Below, piece by piece: positions 49,958-59,530 of a stretch of 64,000 nt of DNA. The position numbers and the translations under genes are program-made. The number at the start of each line of letters is the position of its first letter. The first letter of the stretch is position 1. Source of the DNA: Armatimonadota bacterium (GTDB lineage Bacteria; Armatimonadota; UBA10988); NCBI GenBank assembly GCA_016235455.1, contig JACRKZ010000027.1:1-64000 (forward strand), given 5' to 3'. Below the pieces are notes generated by a model. That model saw only the letters and a program-made list of their open reading frames with translations. It ran no database searches and was not told the DNA's origin.

Positions 49958-50218
49958 TCAGGCAAACGGCGCCAGTTCGATGCCCGACTCGATGAGCATT
50001 TCGGGGATCTCGTCGCGGATCGGATAGGCCACATCGCCGGCCGAGCGGACCAGCGCGCCGTCGATGGGCTCGTTGACCGACTCGCCCCCGCGGTTGGTCA
50101 GGTTGCCCGCGGCGACCGCGGCGTTCAGCTTCTCGAGCAACGCATCGTCGGCCAGGGTCAGTTCCTGCTGCGTCTCGGGACAGCGCAGGATCTCCAGCAT
50201 CAGACTATCGAGTTTCAC
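49958..50218 (-). CDS. Trm112 family protein
   Basis: LEILRCP...L and YPIRD.IP.ML. GTG start after GGAGG. Confidence 0.85.
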   Translation of the reverse strand: MKLDSLMLEILRCPETQQELTLADDALLEKLNAAVAAGNLTNRGGESVNEPIDGALVRSAGDVAYPIRDEIPEMLIESGIELAPFA

Positions 50219-50236
50219 GGTGGCCCTCCGGCACAA

Positions 50237-50734
50237 TCAGATGAAGCGGCCCGGTCGCACGCCGGCGATACGCGCCAAGACCGAGAGCTGCCCCTTGTGG
50301 TGCATGACATGCAGCGCGGCACGGCCCCAGGCCTGCCCGCCGGTCAAGCGGCCCAGCGGCAGGTCGCGCTCGACCGCCAGGTCGGCATCGTCGGCGGCCT
50401 GCAGCAGGGCGATGGTCTTGGGTACACGCTCGGCCAGCGCCGCGCGCAGTTCCGGCACCGTGGCGGTGGCCAGCGCGGTGCTCACTTCGCGCACCTGGTC
50501 GAACGAGCCTTGCCCGCACAGCACCAGCGGCACCTCGTGACAGGCCACGACGAGATGCGCCATGAGCTGCCCCATGGGCATGGCGGCCTCGTCCTTGGGG
50601 CCGTCGGCGGTCTCGAACGTGCCCTGCCACAGCGGCTCGCGCAGGTTGGCCGGCTCATCGGGAATGACCTTGAACAGGTTCTCGAGGTTGGCCAGCAGCG
50701 GTTCCCACACACCTAGCAGATCGTCTCGCGTCAT
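50237..50734 (-). CDS. DinB/YfiT-like four-helix metalloprotein
   Basis: GQLMAHL and H..HHKGQL. Confidence 0.78.
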   Translation of the reverse strand: MTRDDLLGVWEPLLANLENLFKVIPDEPANLREPLWQGTFETADGPKDEAAMPMGQLMAHLVVACHEVPLVLCGQGSFDQVREVSTALATATVPELRAALAERVPKTIALLQAADDADLAVERDLPLGRLTGGQAWGRAALHVMHHKGQLSVLARIAGVRPGRFI

Positions 50735-50828
50735 CGTTGGCTCCGGGATCGAAGGTTAGTGTGCCTGCCCCGGGACGTCAAGGCAGGAGGCAGAAGGAGC
50801 CCACCGTCAAACCGCCAATGCTCCGAGC

Positions 50829-51269
50829 ATGCGCAGACTGATCCTGACCTTGCTGGCCGCCCTCCTGCTGGCCGGCTGCTCCAAGACTCCGCCCCCGACC
50901 GCGATGCCACCCGCGGCTCCGGTCGCCAAGGCCCCCGCCTCGCCGGCCGAAGCCGAGATCGACCTGCACCGCGCCGCGATCGACGCCATCGACGCGCAGG
51001 TGGTCGACCTGCTCAGCCAGCGCGCCGAGCACGCCCTGGCCATCGGCCGGGCGCGCGCCGCGGCGGGCATCGCGCCGTCGTCGGCCAAGGGCCGGCAGCA
51101 GGTGGTCATCGACCGCGCCAAACAGCACGCCAAACCGCCGCTGCCGCCCGAGTCCGCGGGCCGCATCTACCAGACCGTCATCGCCGAGATGGTGGCGCTG
51201 CAGGCCAAGGACGCCGCCCAGACGGGCGTGGCTAGCCCTCAGCCAGCGCCCGCGCCTGAGGCGAAGTAG
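50829..51269 (+). CDS. Lipoprotein with chorismate mutase type II (AroQ/PchB-like) domain
   Basis: Lipobox LLAGC, Pro/Ala linker, R..IDAID..VVDLL..R and I...Q. Confidence 0.75.
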   Translation: MRRLILTLLAALLLAGCSKTPPPTAMPPAAPVAKAPASPAEAEIDLHRAAIDAIDAQVVDLLSQRAEHALAIGRARAAAGIAPSSAKGRQQVVIDRAKQHAKPPLPPESAGRIYQTVIAEMVALQAKDAAQTGVASPQPAPAPEAK

Positions 51270-51651
51270 GCACGAGCTGCATCAGCTCGATGCGGTTGCC
51301 GTCGGGATCGGTCAGCCAGTACTGCAGGTTGCCGTCCTTGCCGCGGTTGGCCTCGCCGGTGATAGCCATGCCGCGTGACGCCAGTTCGGCCAAGGTGGCC
51401 GGCATGTCGTCGACTTCCAGGCACAGGTGACGGTAGCTGGGGCTGTCGGCGCTGCCCTCGGCGCTGCGGCCGCCAGGGAAAAGCTCGACGAACCCGCCGC
51501 TGTTCCCGACCAGCAGGTAGACGATCCAAGGCCGGCCGTCGTCGTGGTTCAGCCTGAACGCCTCGCGCAGCCCGAGCTTGGCCACGTAGAAGTCCAGTGA
51601 CGCCTCCAGGTCGGCGATGGCATAGGCCGTGTGGCCCAGGCGAGTGATCAT
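51232..51651 (-). CDS. VOC/glyoxalase family protein
   Basis: LGHTA..IADLE.SL.FY, ELF, HLCLEVDD and DPDGNRIELM. Confidence 0.9.
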   Translation of the reverse strand: MITRLGHTAYAIADLEASLDFYVAKLGLREAFRLNHDDGRPWIVYLLVGNSGGFVELFPGGRSAEGSADSPSYRHLCLEVDDMPATLAELASRGMAITGEANRGKDGNLQYWLTDPDGNRIELMQLVPTSPQARALAEG

Positions 51652-51768
51652 GTGCGCGTCCTCCTGGCGCCGTGCTTAGGCCGCGAGCGCGCGTTTCCTT
51701 CCGCGGTCGCCGGCTGGGACCGACGGGCGCGGGGCCGGGCCGCCCTGACACCGATTCGACTCGCGGCG

Positions 51769-51793
51769 AGGTGACAGCAGGCAACGCCAGAAG
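51769..51793 (+). promoter_or_regulatory. SigH-like promoter
   Basis: AGGT-N17-GAAG, 25 nt upstream of ATG 51819. Confidence 0.5.
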
Positions 51794-51818
51794 GTACACT
51801 CACCGCAGGACGCGACCG

Positions 51819-52691
51819 ATGATCGAACATCCCGAAGCCGTACTCCTCGCCCGCCAGCTTACAGAGCATGTCGTCGGCCGGCGCATCGCCGAGGCCGTGC
51901 GTGGCAACTGGCCGCACAAGTTCGCCTTCTACTCTGGCGAGCCCGCCTGGTATGCCGAGCGGCTGTGCGAGCAGGAGGTGCGCGCCGCCTGGGCGCGTGG
52001 CGTGCTGATCATGGTTGCCGCGGGCGACGACTGGGTGCTGGTGCTCGGCGGCGGCGGCGAGCGCATCACGCTGCACCCGCCCGGCGCGCCGCGACCGCCC
52101 CGGCATCAACTGTTGCTCGAGTTCGAGGATGGCGCGGCACTGAGCGTGAAGGTGGCCGGCTGGGGCTCGTGCCAGCTATGGACACCGGACCAGGCAGCCA
52201 ACCATGCCTGGTGCGGCTCGCTCGGCTGGCCGCCGTCCGACGAACGGTTTACCGACGACTACTTCCTGGCGCTGTTCGAGCCGCTGGCCGACGACGACGT
52301 GCGCAGCATCAAGGCCTTCCTGATCTCCGATCCCGGCGTCAGCGGCATGGGCAACGGCTACCTGCACGACATGCTGTGGCGGGCCCGACTGCATCCACGC
52401 ACGCGCGCGGCGACACTCGACCGCGAGCAGCGGCTCGCGCTGCACGCCGCGGTGGTGCGCGTGACCCACGACGCGCTGGCCGGTGGCGGGCGCGACGATG
52501 AGTACGACCTGTTCGGCGCCAAGGGCCGATACGCGCGGCGTCTCTGCGCCAGGACCGTGGGCGCGACCTGCACCGCCTGCGGCCAGGGCGTCCTCACCAA
52601 GGACAGCTTCCTGGGCGGCTCGGTGTATTGGTGCCCGGTCTGCCAGCCGGAGCCGCCGCGGCCCGAGCCACGCCGGCGCCGGAAGGCCTGA
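51819..52691 (+). CDS. Fpg/Nei-family DNA glycosylase homolog (atypical N-terminus)
   Basis: MIEHPEA start, H2TH SGMGNGY..D.LW.A.LHP, and C4 zinc finger CTACG...WCPVCQ. Confidence 0.82.
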   Translation: MIEHPEAVLLARQLTEHVVGRRIAEAVRGNWPHKFAFYSGEPAWYAERLCEQEVRAAWARGVLIMVAAGDDWVLVLGGGGERITLHPPGAPRPPRHQLLLEFEDGAALSVKVAGWGSCQLWTPDQAANHAWCGSLGWPPSDERFTDDYFLALFEPLADDDVRSIKAFLISDPGVSGMGNGYLHDMLWRARLHPRTRAATLDREQRLALHAAVVRVTHDALAGGGRDDEYDLFGAKGRYARRLCARTVGATCTACGQGVLTKDSFLGGSVYWCPVCQPEPPRPEPRRRRKA

Positions 52692-52716
52692 AGGGACGCC
52701 CCGCGGCACGCCGAAA
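52692..52716 (+). promoter_or_regulatory. SigH-like promoter
   Basis: AGGG-N17-GAAA, 30 nt upstream of ATG 52747. Confidence 0.45.
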
Positions 52717-52746
52717 GCACGGGGAACGTGCCCCGAGGGGTGACCC

Positions 52747-54876
52747 ATGAGCTACCAGGTTGGCCGTCGCGCCGCGTTGGCGCTGTTCCTCTCACTGGCC
52801 TTCGCGGGCCTGTCCATCGGCGCCGTGCCGCGGCCCACGCCGCCCGAGGTGGCCGCCATCCTCGGCAAGCTCGGCGGCAACCGACCCATCACGCCCGCCG
52901 AGATGACCAGGCTGACGGCCTTCTACCACGGCGCCTCGGCGGTGCCCGTCGGCGGCCTGACCTTCGAGGCGCCGGACGAGGAGGACGAGGACACGCCGAT
53001 CACCTTCGAGCCGAACCCCGCGGCGCAACTGGCCGCAGTCCGCGCGCCTACCCCGGACGAGTACCTGGCGCTGGCCAAGGAGGTCAAGGCGCTGTTCGGC
53101 GCGCGGATGTCCGCCGAGGGGCGCGCCGAACTGGACACGCTGCTGACCAAGGCCACGCGCCCCGGCTACGGTGCCGACCTGGGAGTGGTACTGCTGATGC
53201 GCCAGGCAGCGCCGGCGGCGGTCTATGCCATCGCCACCGAGGCGCTCCGTCTTCCCACCGATGGGCTGACCGCGAACAACCTGGGCGTTGCGCTCAAGGG
53301 CCTGCGCGAGTACCCGCGCGCGCTGCGCGTGCTGCTCTACGCCCGTGGCGCCGCGCCCCATCTGGTTCTGCCCATCACCAACCTGGGCTTCGTGCAGGCG
53401 CTCATGGGCGACACGACGACCGGCGAGAGCACGCTGCACGCGGCCGTGGACCGCGATCCCGACGACGCCATCGCCGCCGAAGGCCTGGGCCTGCTGGAGA
53501 TGGCGCGCGGCGATGTGCGCGGCGCTCTGCACCGACTGATGGGCATGATGGGCAAGTCCTTCCTGCCCGGCGGCTCCTCCGCGATCGATGCCGGCCGACA
53601 GATCCTCATGGACGCCGCGTCGGAACAGGACGACGGTGGCCAGGGCGGTGGCGGACAGGGCGGTGCCGCAGCACCCGACGCACCCGTGTCGCATCCGTCG
53701 GGACCGGCGATGGGCAGCAACCCGCCGGACTTCGATGCACCGCCCGATATCACCACGGGCACCAACCTCTGCGCCAACTGGAAGGCTTTTGGCAAGTGGA
53801 TCGAGTCCAGCACCAAGGCCATCGAGCCGGTGGCCCAGGAGTTCGTCACGGTGGCCGCGCGCGGCGGGTTGGCGCGGGCCAGGCTCGAGGCGGTACCCGG
53901 CGTCATGGTGCGCACCCACGAGCGCGAGCGGTTCGCGCTCGACGCACTACGCAAGCGCTGCGAGCAGCAGGACGATGTGCTCTGGCGGCAGAGCAAGATC
54001 GACGAGATGTCGCGCAAGGCCCACACCGACACCGAGCAGCGCATCGAGGCCATCTGGCAGCAGAAAGCCGCGGATCAGCAGGCCTGCGCGCCGCTCAATG
54101 GCGAGCCCTACCGCGCCTGCATGAAGCGCGCCGAGGACCGCGCCTGCGATGCCCGCAACGAGATGATCAACGCGTCCTATGCACCCATCTACCAGGCCTG
54201 GAAGACCTACTACGAGCAGCTGCACAAAGCGCTCTGGGAGTACCACCACTTCTGCGCGCCGTGGCTGCAGGACGTGCACGAGAAGGACCTCAATCGCGAG
54301 TTCAACCTGGAACACGAGATTTTCATCCGCACGCGGGAGAGCATCGCGCGCTCGCGCCTGCACACCAGCCTGCCGGCGTATATCGTCTGGTACTGCGAAA
54401 AGAAGCCAGGCATCCCGCCCAAGCAGGGCACCATCGGCACCTGGACCAACATCGACCCCACCGACTGCCGCAACCCGCCGCTACGCATGGGGCTCGGCCC
54501 GGTCAGCCTGACCGGCGACTGCGACACGCTCAAGTTCGAGGGTGGTGAGGGCCTGGTCACCTCGCTGACCTACAAGATCGGCGGGCCGGAGGTACTGGCC
54601 AACGACGAACTGACCGTGTTCGTGGGGGTGGGCGCCAAAGCCTCGGCCGGGCCGGCCGACCTGAAGGCTCAGCTTGGCCCCTATGTCACCGTCGCCTTCG
54701 ATGACGAGGGCTTCCCGACCATCAAGGACTACGGCGTGCGCAGCGAGCTCAAGGGCGACATCGAGCTCGGTCCAGCCAGCGTCGGCGCCAAGGCTGAAGC
54801 CCGCCTCGGCGCCGAGAGCGGCGTCGACGCGAGCTTCAAGCCCGGCGTCAAGGTCGGCGTTAAGGTGAAGCCTTAG
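52747..54876 (+). CDS. Secreted TPR-containing protein with Cys-containing helical middle and beta-rich C-terminus
   Basis: RR-containing signal peptide; TPR-like ANNLGVAL, TNLG and AEGLG. Confidence 0.72.
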   Translation: MSYQVGRRAALALFLSLAFAGLSIGAVPRPTPPEVAAILGKLGGNRPITPAEMTRLTAFYHGASAVPVGGLTFEAPDEEDEDTPITFEPNPAAQLAAVRAPTPDEYLALAKEVKALFGARMSAEGRAELDTLLTKATRPGYGADLGVVLLMRQAAPAAVYAIATEALRLPTDGLTANNLGVALKGLREYPRALRVLLYARGAAPHLVLPITNLGFVQALMGDTTTGESTLHAAVDRDPDDAIAAEGLGLLEMARGDVRGALHRLMGMMGKSFLPGGSSAIDAGRQILMDAASEQDDGGQGGGGQGGAAAPDAPVSHPSGPAMGSNPPDFDAPPDITTGTNLCANWKAFGKWIESSTKAIEPVAQEFVTVAARGGLARARLEAVPGVMVRTHERERFALDALRKRCEQQDDVLWRQSKIDEMSRKAHTDTEQRIEAIWQQKAADQQACAPLNGEPYRACMKRAEDRACDARNEMINASYAPIYQAWKTYYEQLHKALWEYHHFCAPWLQDVHEKDLNREFNLEHEIFIRTRESIARSRLHTSLPAYIVWYCEKKPGIPPKQGTIGTWTNIDPTDCRNPPLRMGLGPVSLTGDCDTLKFEGGEGLVTSLTYKIGGPEVLANDELTVFVGVGAKASAGPADLKAQLGPYVTVAFDDEGFPTIKDYGVRSELKGDIELGPASVGAKAEARLGAESGVDASFKPGVKVGVKVKP

Positions 54877-54942
54877 GCTCGGCGCTGCCAGCCATAGCGG
54901 TGGCACTGGCGCCGGGCTGTGCCGTCTGAGTCTGCGCGGCCA

Positions 54943-55269
54943 TCAATGCACCCGGTCGGTGCCCATCGGGCCGATGCCCTTGGCTTTCATCTCCTCGGTG
55001 ATGACTGGTGGCTCCGGCCTGGCCAGGCCCAGGCGCTCCTGGTCGGCGCCGCCAGGCGGCTCGACGGTCGTACCCAGCGAGCCACCCTCGCCTTCCTTGG
55101 CGTACCGGCGCTCGTTGACCCTGCCTTTGGCGGCCTCGTCGATGCGCTCGCGCGGCACCTCGTATTCGCCGCGGGAGGCGGGGCTCACCACCCACCAGCC
55201 CAGGCCGCCAACCACCAGCAACACCGCCAGCGCCAGGCGCAGCTTCTGTCCGGGCTCAAGTTCAGCCAT
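54943..55269 (-). CDS. Small single-pass membrane protein downstream of a DUF1559 pair
   Basis: MAELEPGQKLRLALAVLLVVGGLGWWV; starts 5 nt after the upstream stop. Confidence 0.6.
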   Translation of the reverse strand: MAELEPGQKLRLALAVLLVVGGLGWWVVSPASRGEYEVPRERIDEAAKGRVNERRYAKEGEGGSLGTTVEPPGGADQERLGLARPEPPVITEEMKAKGIGPMGTDRVH

Positions 55270-55274
55270 TTCGC

Positions 55275-56027
55275 TCACCATCCGGTCGTGTCCGCATAGG
55301 TCTCGCGCGCGGGGCAGATGGCGTGCTTGCCATCGCCGGTCATGAACCAGTCGAGCTTGACCCACTTGACGTGTCCGTCGCAGAAGGTGACGTTCTGACC
55401 GCCCATATGGCGCGAGCTGAGCATGTTGTAGACCTCGGCCCACGACGTGGCGCCCGGCTCGATGTACGGCCCATTGCCGTGCACGCCACCCGCGTAGTCA
55501 CCATCGCTGTCCTCGTTGAACGAGATGCCCTCGCCGAAGGCCAGGATCTGCGCCGGGTCTTTGATGGTGGCGTCGCTGGCGCGACCGCCAGGTCCGCCGC
55601 CGTAGTTGCACAAGGCCTCCTGGTTCTTCACGTAGTGGCCGTAGATCTGCGGCACGGCGTTGCCATAGGCGGCGGCATTGCCCCAGAACCGCCCGCTGCG
55701 CACCGAGCCGTCGGCGAACGTGACGTTGGTGTAGTCCGCCTGGGTCACCGCGGCATGGCCGCTGCTCGGGCATTGCAGGATCTGGCCGTTCTTCAGGTAT
55801 GGGTCGAGGTCCACATGCCACTCGTACCAGGTCGGCATGTACCAGCCGTCGTAGTCCTGCAGATAGAGGCCCAGCGCCGTGCCAAGCTGCTTCATGTTCG
55901 AGGCGCAACTGGTTTGGCGCGCCTTCTCTCTGGCCTTGGCAAAGACCGGGAACAGAATGGCTGCGAGGATGGCGATGATGGCAATCACCACCAGCAGCTC
56001 GATCAGCGTGAATCCACGTCGTCGCAT
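55275..56027 (-). CDS. DUF1559 prepilin-like protein
   Basis: MRRRG|FTLIE and [23 protein letters not shown]. Confidence 0.92.
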   Translation of the reverse strand: MRRRGFTLIELLVVIAIIAILAAILFPVFAKAREKARQTSCASNMKQLGTALGLYLQDYDGWYMPTWYEWHVDLDPYLKNGQILQCPSSGHAAVTQADYTNVTFADGSVRSGRFWGNAAAYGNAVPQIYGHYVKNQEALCNYGGGPGGRASDATIKDPAQILAFGEGISFNEDSDGDYAGGVHGNGPYIEPGATSWAEVYNMLSSRHMGGQNVTFCDGHVKWVKLDWFMTGDGKHAICPARETYADTTGW

Positions 56028-56052
56028 GGTCGCAACTCCTTGACGCGTGCGG

Positions 56053-56712
56053 CTAGGGGATGGTGTACGCCGAGCGAGGCAGAGCATCGACCATGACCTG
56101 CGCCTTGACGTGGCCGTCGTAGAACAGCAGGTTGCAGGTCTCGTTGTGGCGCCAGTACTCCCAGACGCGCGCGGGATAGGCGCGCCACTGCGTCAGGTTG
56201 AGCGTCTGGCCAGTCTGCGGGCAGAGCATGTCGCCGTTGTCGTCGAGCCGCGTCTCCCAGGAGTCGTGGACGACGATCTTGTCGGACGGCGCGGTGACCA
56301 CCGCGTCGGTCTTGTTCTCGTAGTAGCCGTTGAGGCCGTAGTTGGCGTTGACGCCGTTGTCGGCACCGCCGGTCGAGCCGGCGGAGTCGGTCGACGCGGC
56401 GCTCGGGCAGCGGAAGATCTGCTGGCTCTTGGCATACGGCTCATAGAAGCGGCCCCAGTAGGCGGTGCCGGCGGCCCAGGTGTTCCAACTCGCGCCGTTG
56501 ACATACCACGGCGTCGTCTCGTCGTAGTCCTGCCGGTACTGGATCATGGCCAGGCCGATCTGCTTGAGGTTACTCGAGCAGCTCGACTGGCGAGCCTTCT
56601 CACGGGCTTTGGCAAAGACGGGGAACAGGATCGCCGCGAGGATGGCGATGATCGCGATCACCACCAGCATTTCGATCAGCGTGAACCCTCGACGCCGGTT
56701 CTGATTGTGCAT
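56053..56712 (-). CDS. DUF1559 prepilin-like protein
   Basis: RRRG|FTLIEMLVV and [14 protein letters not shown]. Confidence 0.92.
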   Translation of the reverse strand: MHNQNRRRGFTLIEMLVVIAIIAILAAILFPVFAKAREKARQSSCSSNLKQIGLAMIQYRQDYDETTPWYVNGASWNTWAAGTAYWGRFYEPYAKSQQIFRCPSAASTDSAGSTGGADNGVNANYGLNGYYENKTDAVVTAPSDKIVVHDSWETRLDDNGDMLCPQTGQTLNLTQWRAYPARVWEYWRHNETCNLLFYDGHVKAQVMVDALPRSAYTIP

Positions 56713-56839
56713 GGTCCCTCTCCCATCGCCGGCCACCCTGGGTCGGCGTGACAGGTTCAGGGTCGGGCACGGAGGTTAGCGATCAGAGAACGGCGGATGA
56801 GTCCCGCGCTGGTCCGCGGCCAAGGTTGCGCGAAGCGGC

Positions 56840-56878
56840 AAAACGCCCACGGCGCACCGTCTGGTGCGCCGTGGGCGT
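56840..56878 (-). terminator. Intrinsic terminator of the MCP-cheW operon
   Basis: Perfect 16-bp stem ACGCCCACGGCGCACC / GGTGCGCCGTGGGCGT with a 4-nt loop, followed by a T-run on the minus strand. Confidence 0.8.
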
Positions 56879-56902
56879 CTCTACCCGGGTTGGGCCCAGT
56901 GG

Positions 56903-57385
56903 TCAGAGGCTGCGCGTGGCCGTGGCTGACCGGTACCAGTCCGCCAGCGCCGGCAGGTCCAGGATGCGCAGCATCCGTCGCCCGACAGCGGCCACGGCGG
57001 CCACGCCGGTACTGCGGTGGCCTTCCTCACTGGCGCGGTCCAGTTCGCTCTGATGCAGCCCGACCACCTCGCCGGTGCGGTCGACCCGTAGACCGAACCA
57101 CACCGCGCCTGGGCCTGTCGTGGCCGCGGCGACGATCACCGGCGAGTGCGACGAGGCCGGCGGGCAGGGCAGGTCCAGGCAGGCCGCCAGGTCGAGCACG
57201 AGCAACGCTCGCCCACCGACCGTGGTGACGCCCAGCACACCAGGCGGCGCATCCGGCAAGGGGTTCGCACGCGCCAGGCTGGTCACTCCCTTGACGCTGT
57301 CCAGCGGCAGAACGTACTCTTGCGCGCCCAGACGGCAGCCCAGGTAGAGATGGCTGTGGCTCGTGGCGACAGTCATCGTGGTCAC
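56903..57385 (-). CDS. cheW: Chemotaxis adaptor CheW
   Basis: Y.LP...V, LP.AP..VLGV....G, V.DL, GL.VD and ILD. Located next to an MCP. Confidence 0.85.
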   Translation of the reverse strand: MTTMTVATSHSHLYLGCRLGAQEYVLPLDSVKGVTSLARANPLPDAPPGVLGVTTVGGRALLVLDLAACLDLPCPPASSHSPVIVAAATTGPGAVWFGLRVDRTGEVVGLHQSELDRASEEGHRSTGVAAVAAVGRRMLRILDLPALADWYRSATATRSL

Positions 57386-57397
57386 CTTCCTGGCAAC

Positions 57398-59266
57398 CTA
57401 GAAGTCGCCGAGCTCGCTGGCCGTGAGCCGCTGCACCGCGGCAACCGGGGTGGGCAGCCGCCGCGCGCTGGGCGACGACAGGCGGGCCGGCGCGGGCGCG
57501 CTGGGCGCGCGGGTCACACCGCCCTCGACCACGTTCACCAGCGTCTCCACCATCTCGCGCAGTTCGTGCGACTGGGCGCTGAGCTCCTCGCTGCCAGACG
57601 CCGTCTCTTCGGCGCCGGCCGCCACGGACTGCGTCACCTGCTCCATCTGCGACACGGCGATGTTGACCTGGCCAATGCCGATGGCCTGTTCGCGGCTAGC
57701 GGCAGCCACTTCGTCCACCAGGTCGGTGACCTTGGTCACACTTGAGGCGATCTGGGCCAGCGCCTCGGCGACGGCGCGGCTGGTGTCGACACCTTCGTGG
57801 GCGTTGACCTGCGACTGGTCGATGAGCGCGGCGGTGTTCTTGGCCGCGTCGGCGCTGCGTTGGGCCAGGTTGCGGACCTCTTCGGCCACGACCGCGAAGC
57901 CCTTGCCGGCGTCACCGGCCCGGGCTGCTTCCACGGCGGCGTTGAGGGCCAGCAGGTTGGTCTGGAAGGCGATCTCGTCGATGGTCTTGATGATCGCCGC
58001 GGTCTCGTCGGCGGAGCGGCTGATGCGGCCAATCACGTCGACCATCTGGCTCATGGCGGCGTTGCCGTGCTCCGCGGCCTGTCGCGCTTCGTTGGCCATG
58101 TGCGAGGCCTGCTTGGCATTGTCCGCGTTCTGCTGCGTGGTGGCCGACATCTCTTCCAGGCTGGCCGAGGTCTCTTCCAGGCTGCTGGCCTGCTGGCTGG
58201 CGCCCGCGGCCATGCTCTGGCTGGCCTCGCTCATCTGGGTGGAGGCCGACGACACTTCCTCGCTACTGGTCTGCAAGCGGACGATGGCGCCCGCCAGGGG
58301 CCGGCTGATGCCAGCGCTCATGGTCACCGCCAGGGCGACGCCCACGGCGACGGCCAGCAGCAAGGCCAGGCTGATGGCGAACGCGCTGACACGCAGCGCG
58401 GAGACCGTGGTCGTGGCCGACTTGGTCATGGAGTCGAAACCGGTCGTGGCGATGGCGTTGGCCCCGGCCAGCACCTGGTCGACCACGACGGCGCGGCGCG
58501 TGTTCATTTCGTTGAGCGCCACGCGCTGCTGCGACACGGCGGTCAGCCCGGCCATGGCCGTCTTGGCGTCGCGCCGCAGGGAGGCGATGTGGTCCTCGTT
58601 GCCCGGCGCGGCGGAGGCGAGTTGCGTGGCGATACCGTCGATCTTGCCCATGTCGGCGACGGCCTTGTCGATGAGCGTCGGGTCACCGGTGGCACGGGCC
58701 TCATAGGCCGCGGAGCGCGCGCGGATGCCCAGCACCTGCGCCTGATAGGCGAAATCCAGCGCCGCCGCGTTGCCGCGTGTGGCACCGATCAGGGCCTGGC
58801 ACTGGCTGAGGTACGTGGTGATGCCGTCCATGGCCGTCTTGCGGCCGGCCTGGATACCCTCAATGATGGCCTTCGTCTCGCCGATCATCTTGGTGTAGGT
58901 GGCCAGGATGGTCTGCACCTCGACGGCCGACTTCTTGAGCGCGTCGGCGCCCTTGATGGACGCGGCCAGCTTGACGGCCTCGTCAGCAGCCTTGCCGGCG
59001 TCGGTCAGATACTTGGAGCCCTCCTCGAAGTAGGACTCCTTCTCGCTCATCACGAAGCCGCGCATGGCCAACAGGCAGTGTAGCGTGTCGGCCTCCACCG
59101 TACTGGCGGTGCGCACCTGGGGCACTTGCTCCTTGGCCAGCCGCGTGGTCTTGGAGGAGGTGGAGCGCATGACACCCATGGCCGCCAGGCCAAGGATGAG
59201 GGTGAGCACAACGAGGGAGCCAAAGGCCATGCCCAGCCGGGCAGCCAGGCTACGATTCTTCAACAT
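57398..59266 (-). CDS. Methyl-accepting chemotaxis protein
   Basis: Two TMs flanking a helical sensor domain; [23 protein letters not shown]; C-terminal pentapeptide-like ELGDF. Confidence 0.95.
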   Translation of the reverse strand: MLKNRSLAARLGMAFGSLVVLTLILGLAAMGVMRSTSSKTTRLAKEQVPQVRTASTVEADTLHCLLAMRGFVMSEKESYFEEGSKYLTDAGKAADEAVKLAASIKGADALKKSAVEVQTILATYTKMIGETKAIIEGIQAGRKTAMDGITTYLSQCQALIGATRGNAAALDFAYQAQVLGIRARSAAYEARATGDPTLIDKAVADMGKIDGIATQLASAAPGNEDHIASLRRDAKTAMAGLTAVSQQRVALNEMNTRRAVVVDQVLAGANAIATTGFDSMTKSATTTVSALRVSAFAISLALLLAVAVGVALAVTMSAGISRPLAGAIVRLQTSSEEVSSASTQMSEASQSMAAGASQQASSLEETSASLEEMSATTQQNADNAKQASHMANEARQAAEHGNAAMSQMVDVIGRISRSADETAAIIKTIDEIAFQTNLLALNAAVEAARAGDAGKGFAVVAEEVRNLAQRSADAAKNTAALIDQSQVNAHEGVDTSRAVAEALAQIASSVTKVTDLVDEVAAASREQAIGIGQVNIAVSQMEQVTQSVAAGAEETASGSEELSAQSHELREMVETLVNVVEGGVTRAPSAPAPARLSSPSARRLPTPVAAVQRLTASELGDF

Positions 59267-59431
59267 GGGTCCGGTCGTCATTTCCGCCGGGCAGCGGTCA
59301 GCGTCGACCACGCCCAGCACAGATGCGGCAAAGCCGCGAGCCGCAACGGCAGATGTATCCGCCGTCGTTCAGTCGCGCCTTCGCCTGACAGACCCAGTGT
59401 TCTGTTCGACAAGGCAGCCCGCACCGAGTGC

Positions 59432-59446
59432 GCGAGCCAAGTGCCA
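59432..59446 (-). promoter_or_regulatory. Sigma54 (-24/-12)-like site upstream of the MCP
   Basis: TGGCAC-TTGGC-TCGC against the consensus TGGCAC-N5-TTGC. Confidence 0.45.
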
Positions 59447-59462
59447 TAGCACTTCAACAAGT

Positions 59463-59490
59463 TAGTCGGCCGCCGGTCTATAATGTTTAG
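59463..59490 (-). promoter_or_regulatory. Sigma28-like promoter for MCP-cheW
   Basis: CTAAA-N15-GCCGACTA. Confidence 0.65.
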
Positions 59491-59530
59491 TTCATACTGC
59501 CGACTGATATTAGGCAGAGGAGATCGTGGT

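Noticed and set aside
59320-59370. c-di-GMP-I riboswitch in the MCP leader
   Set aside because: The GGCAAA-like string is on the wrong strand and lacks the GNRA/receptor two-stem architecture.
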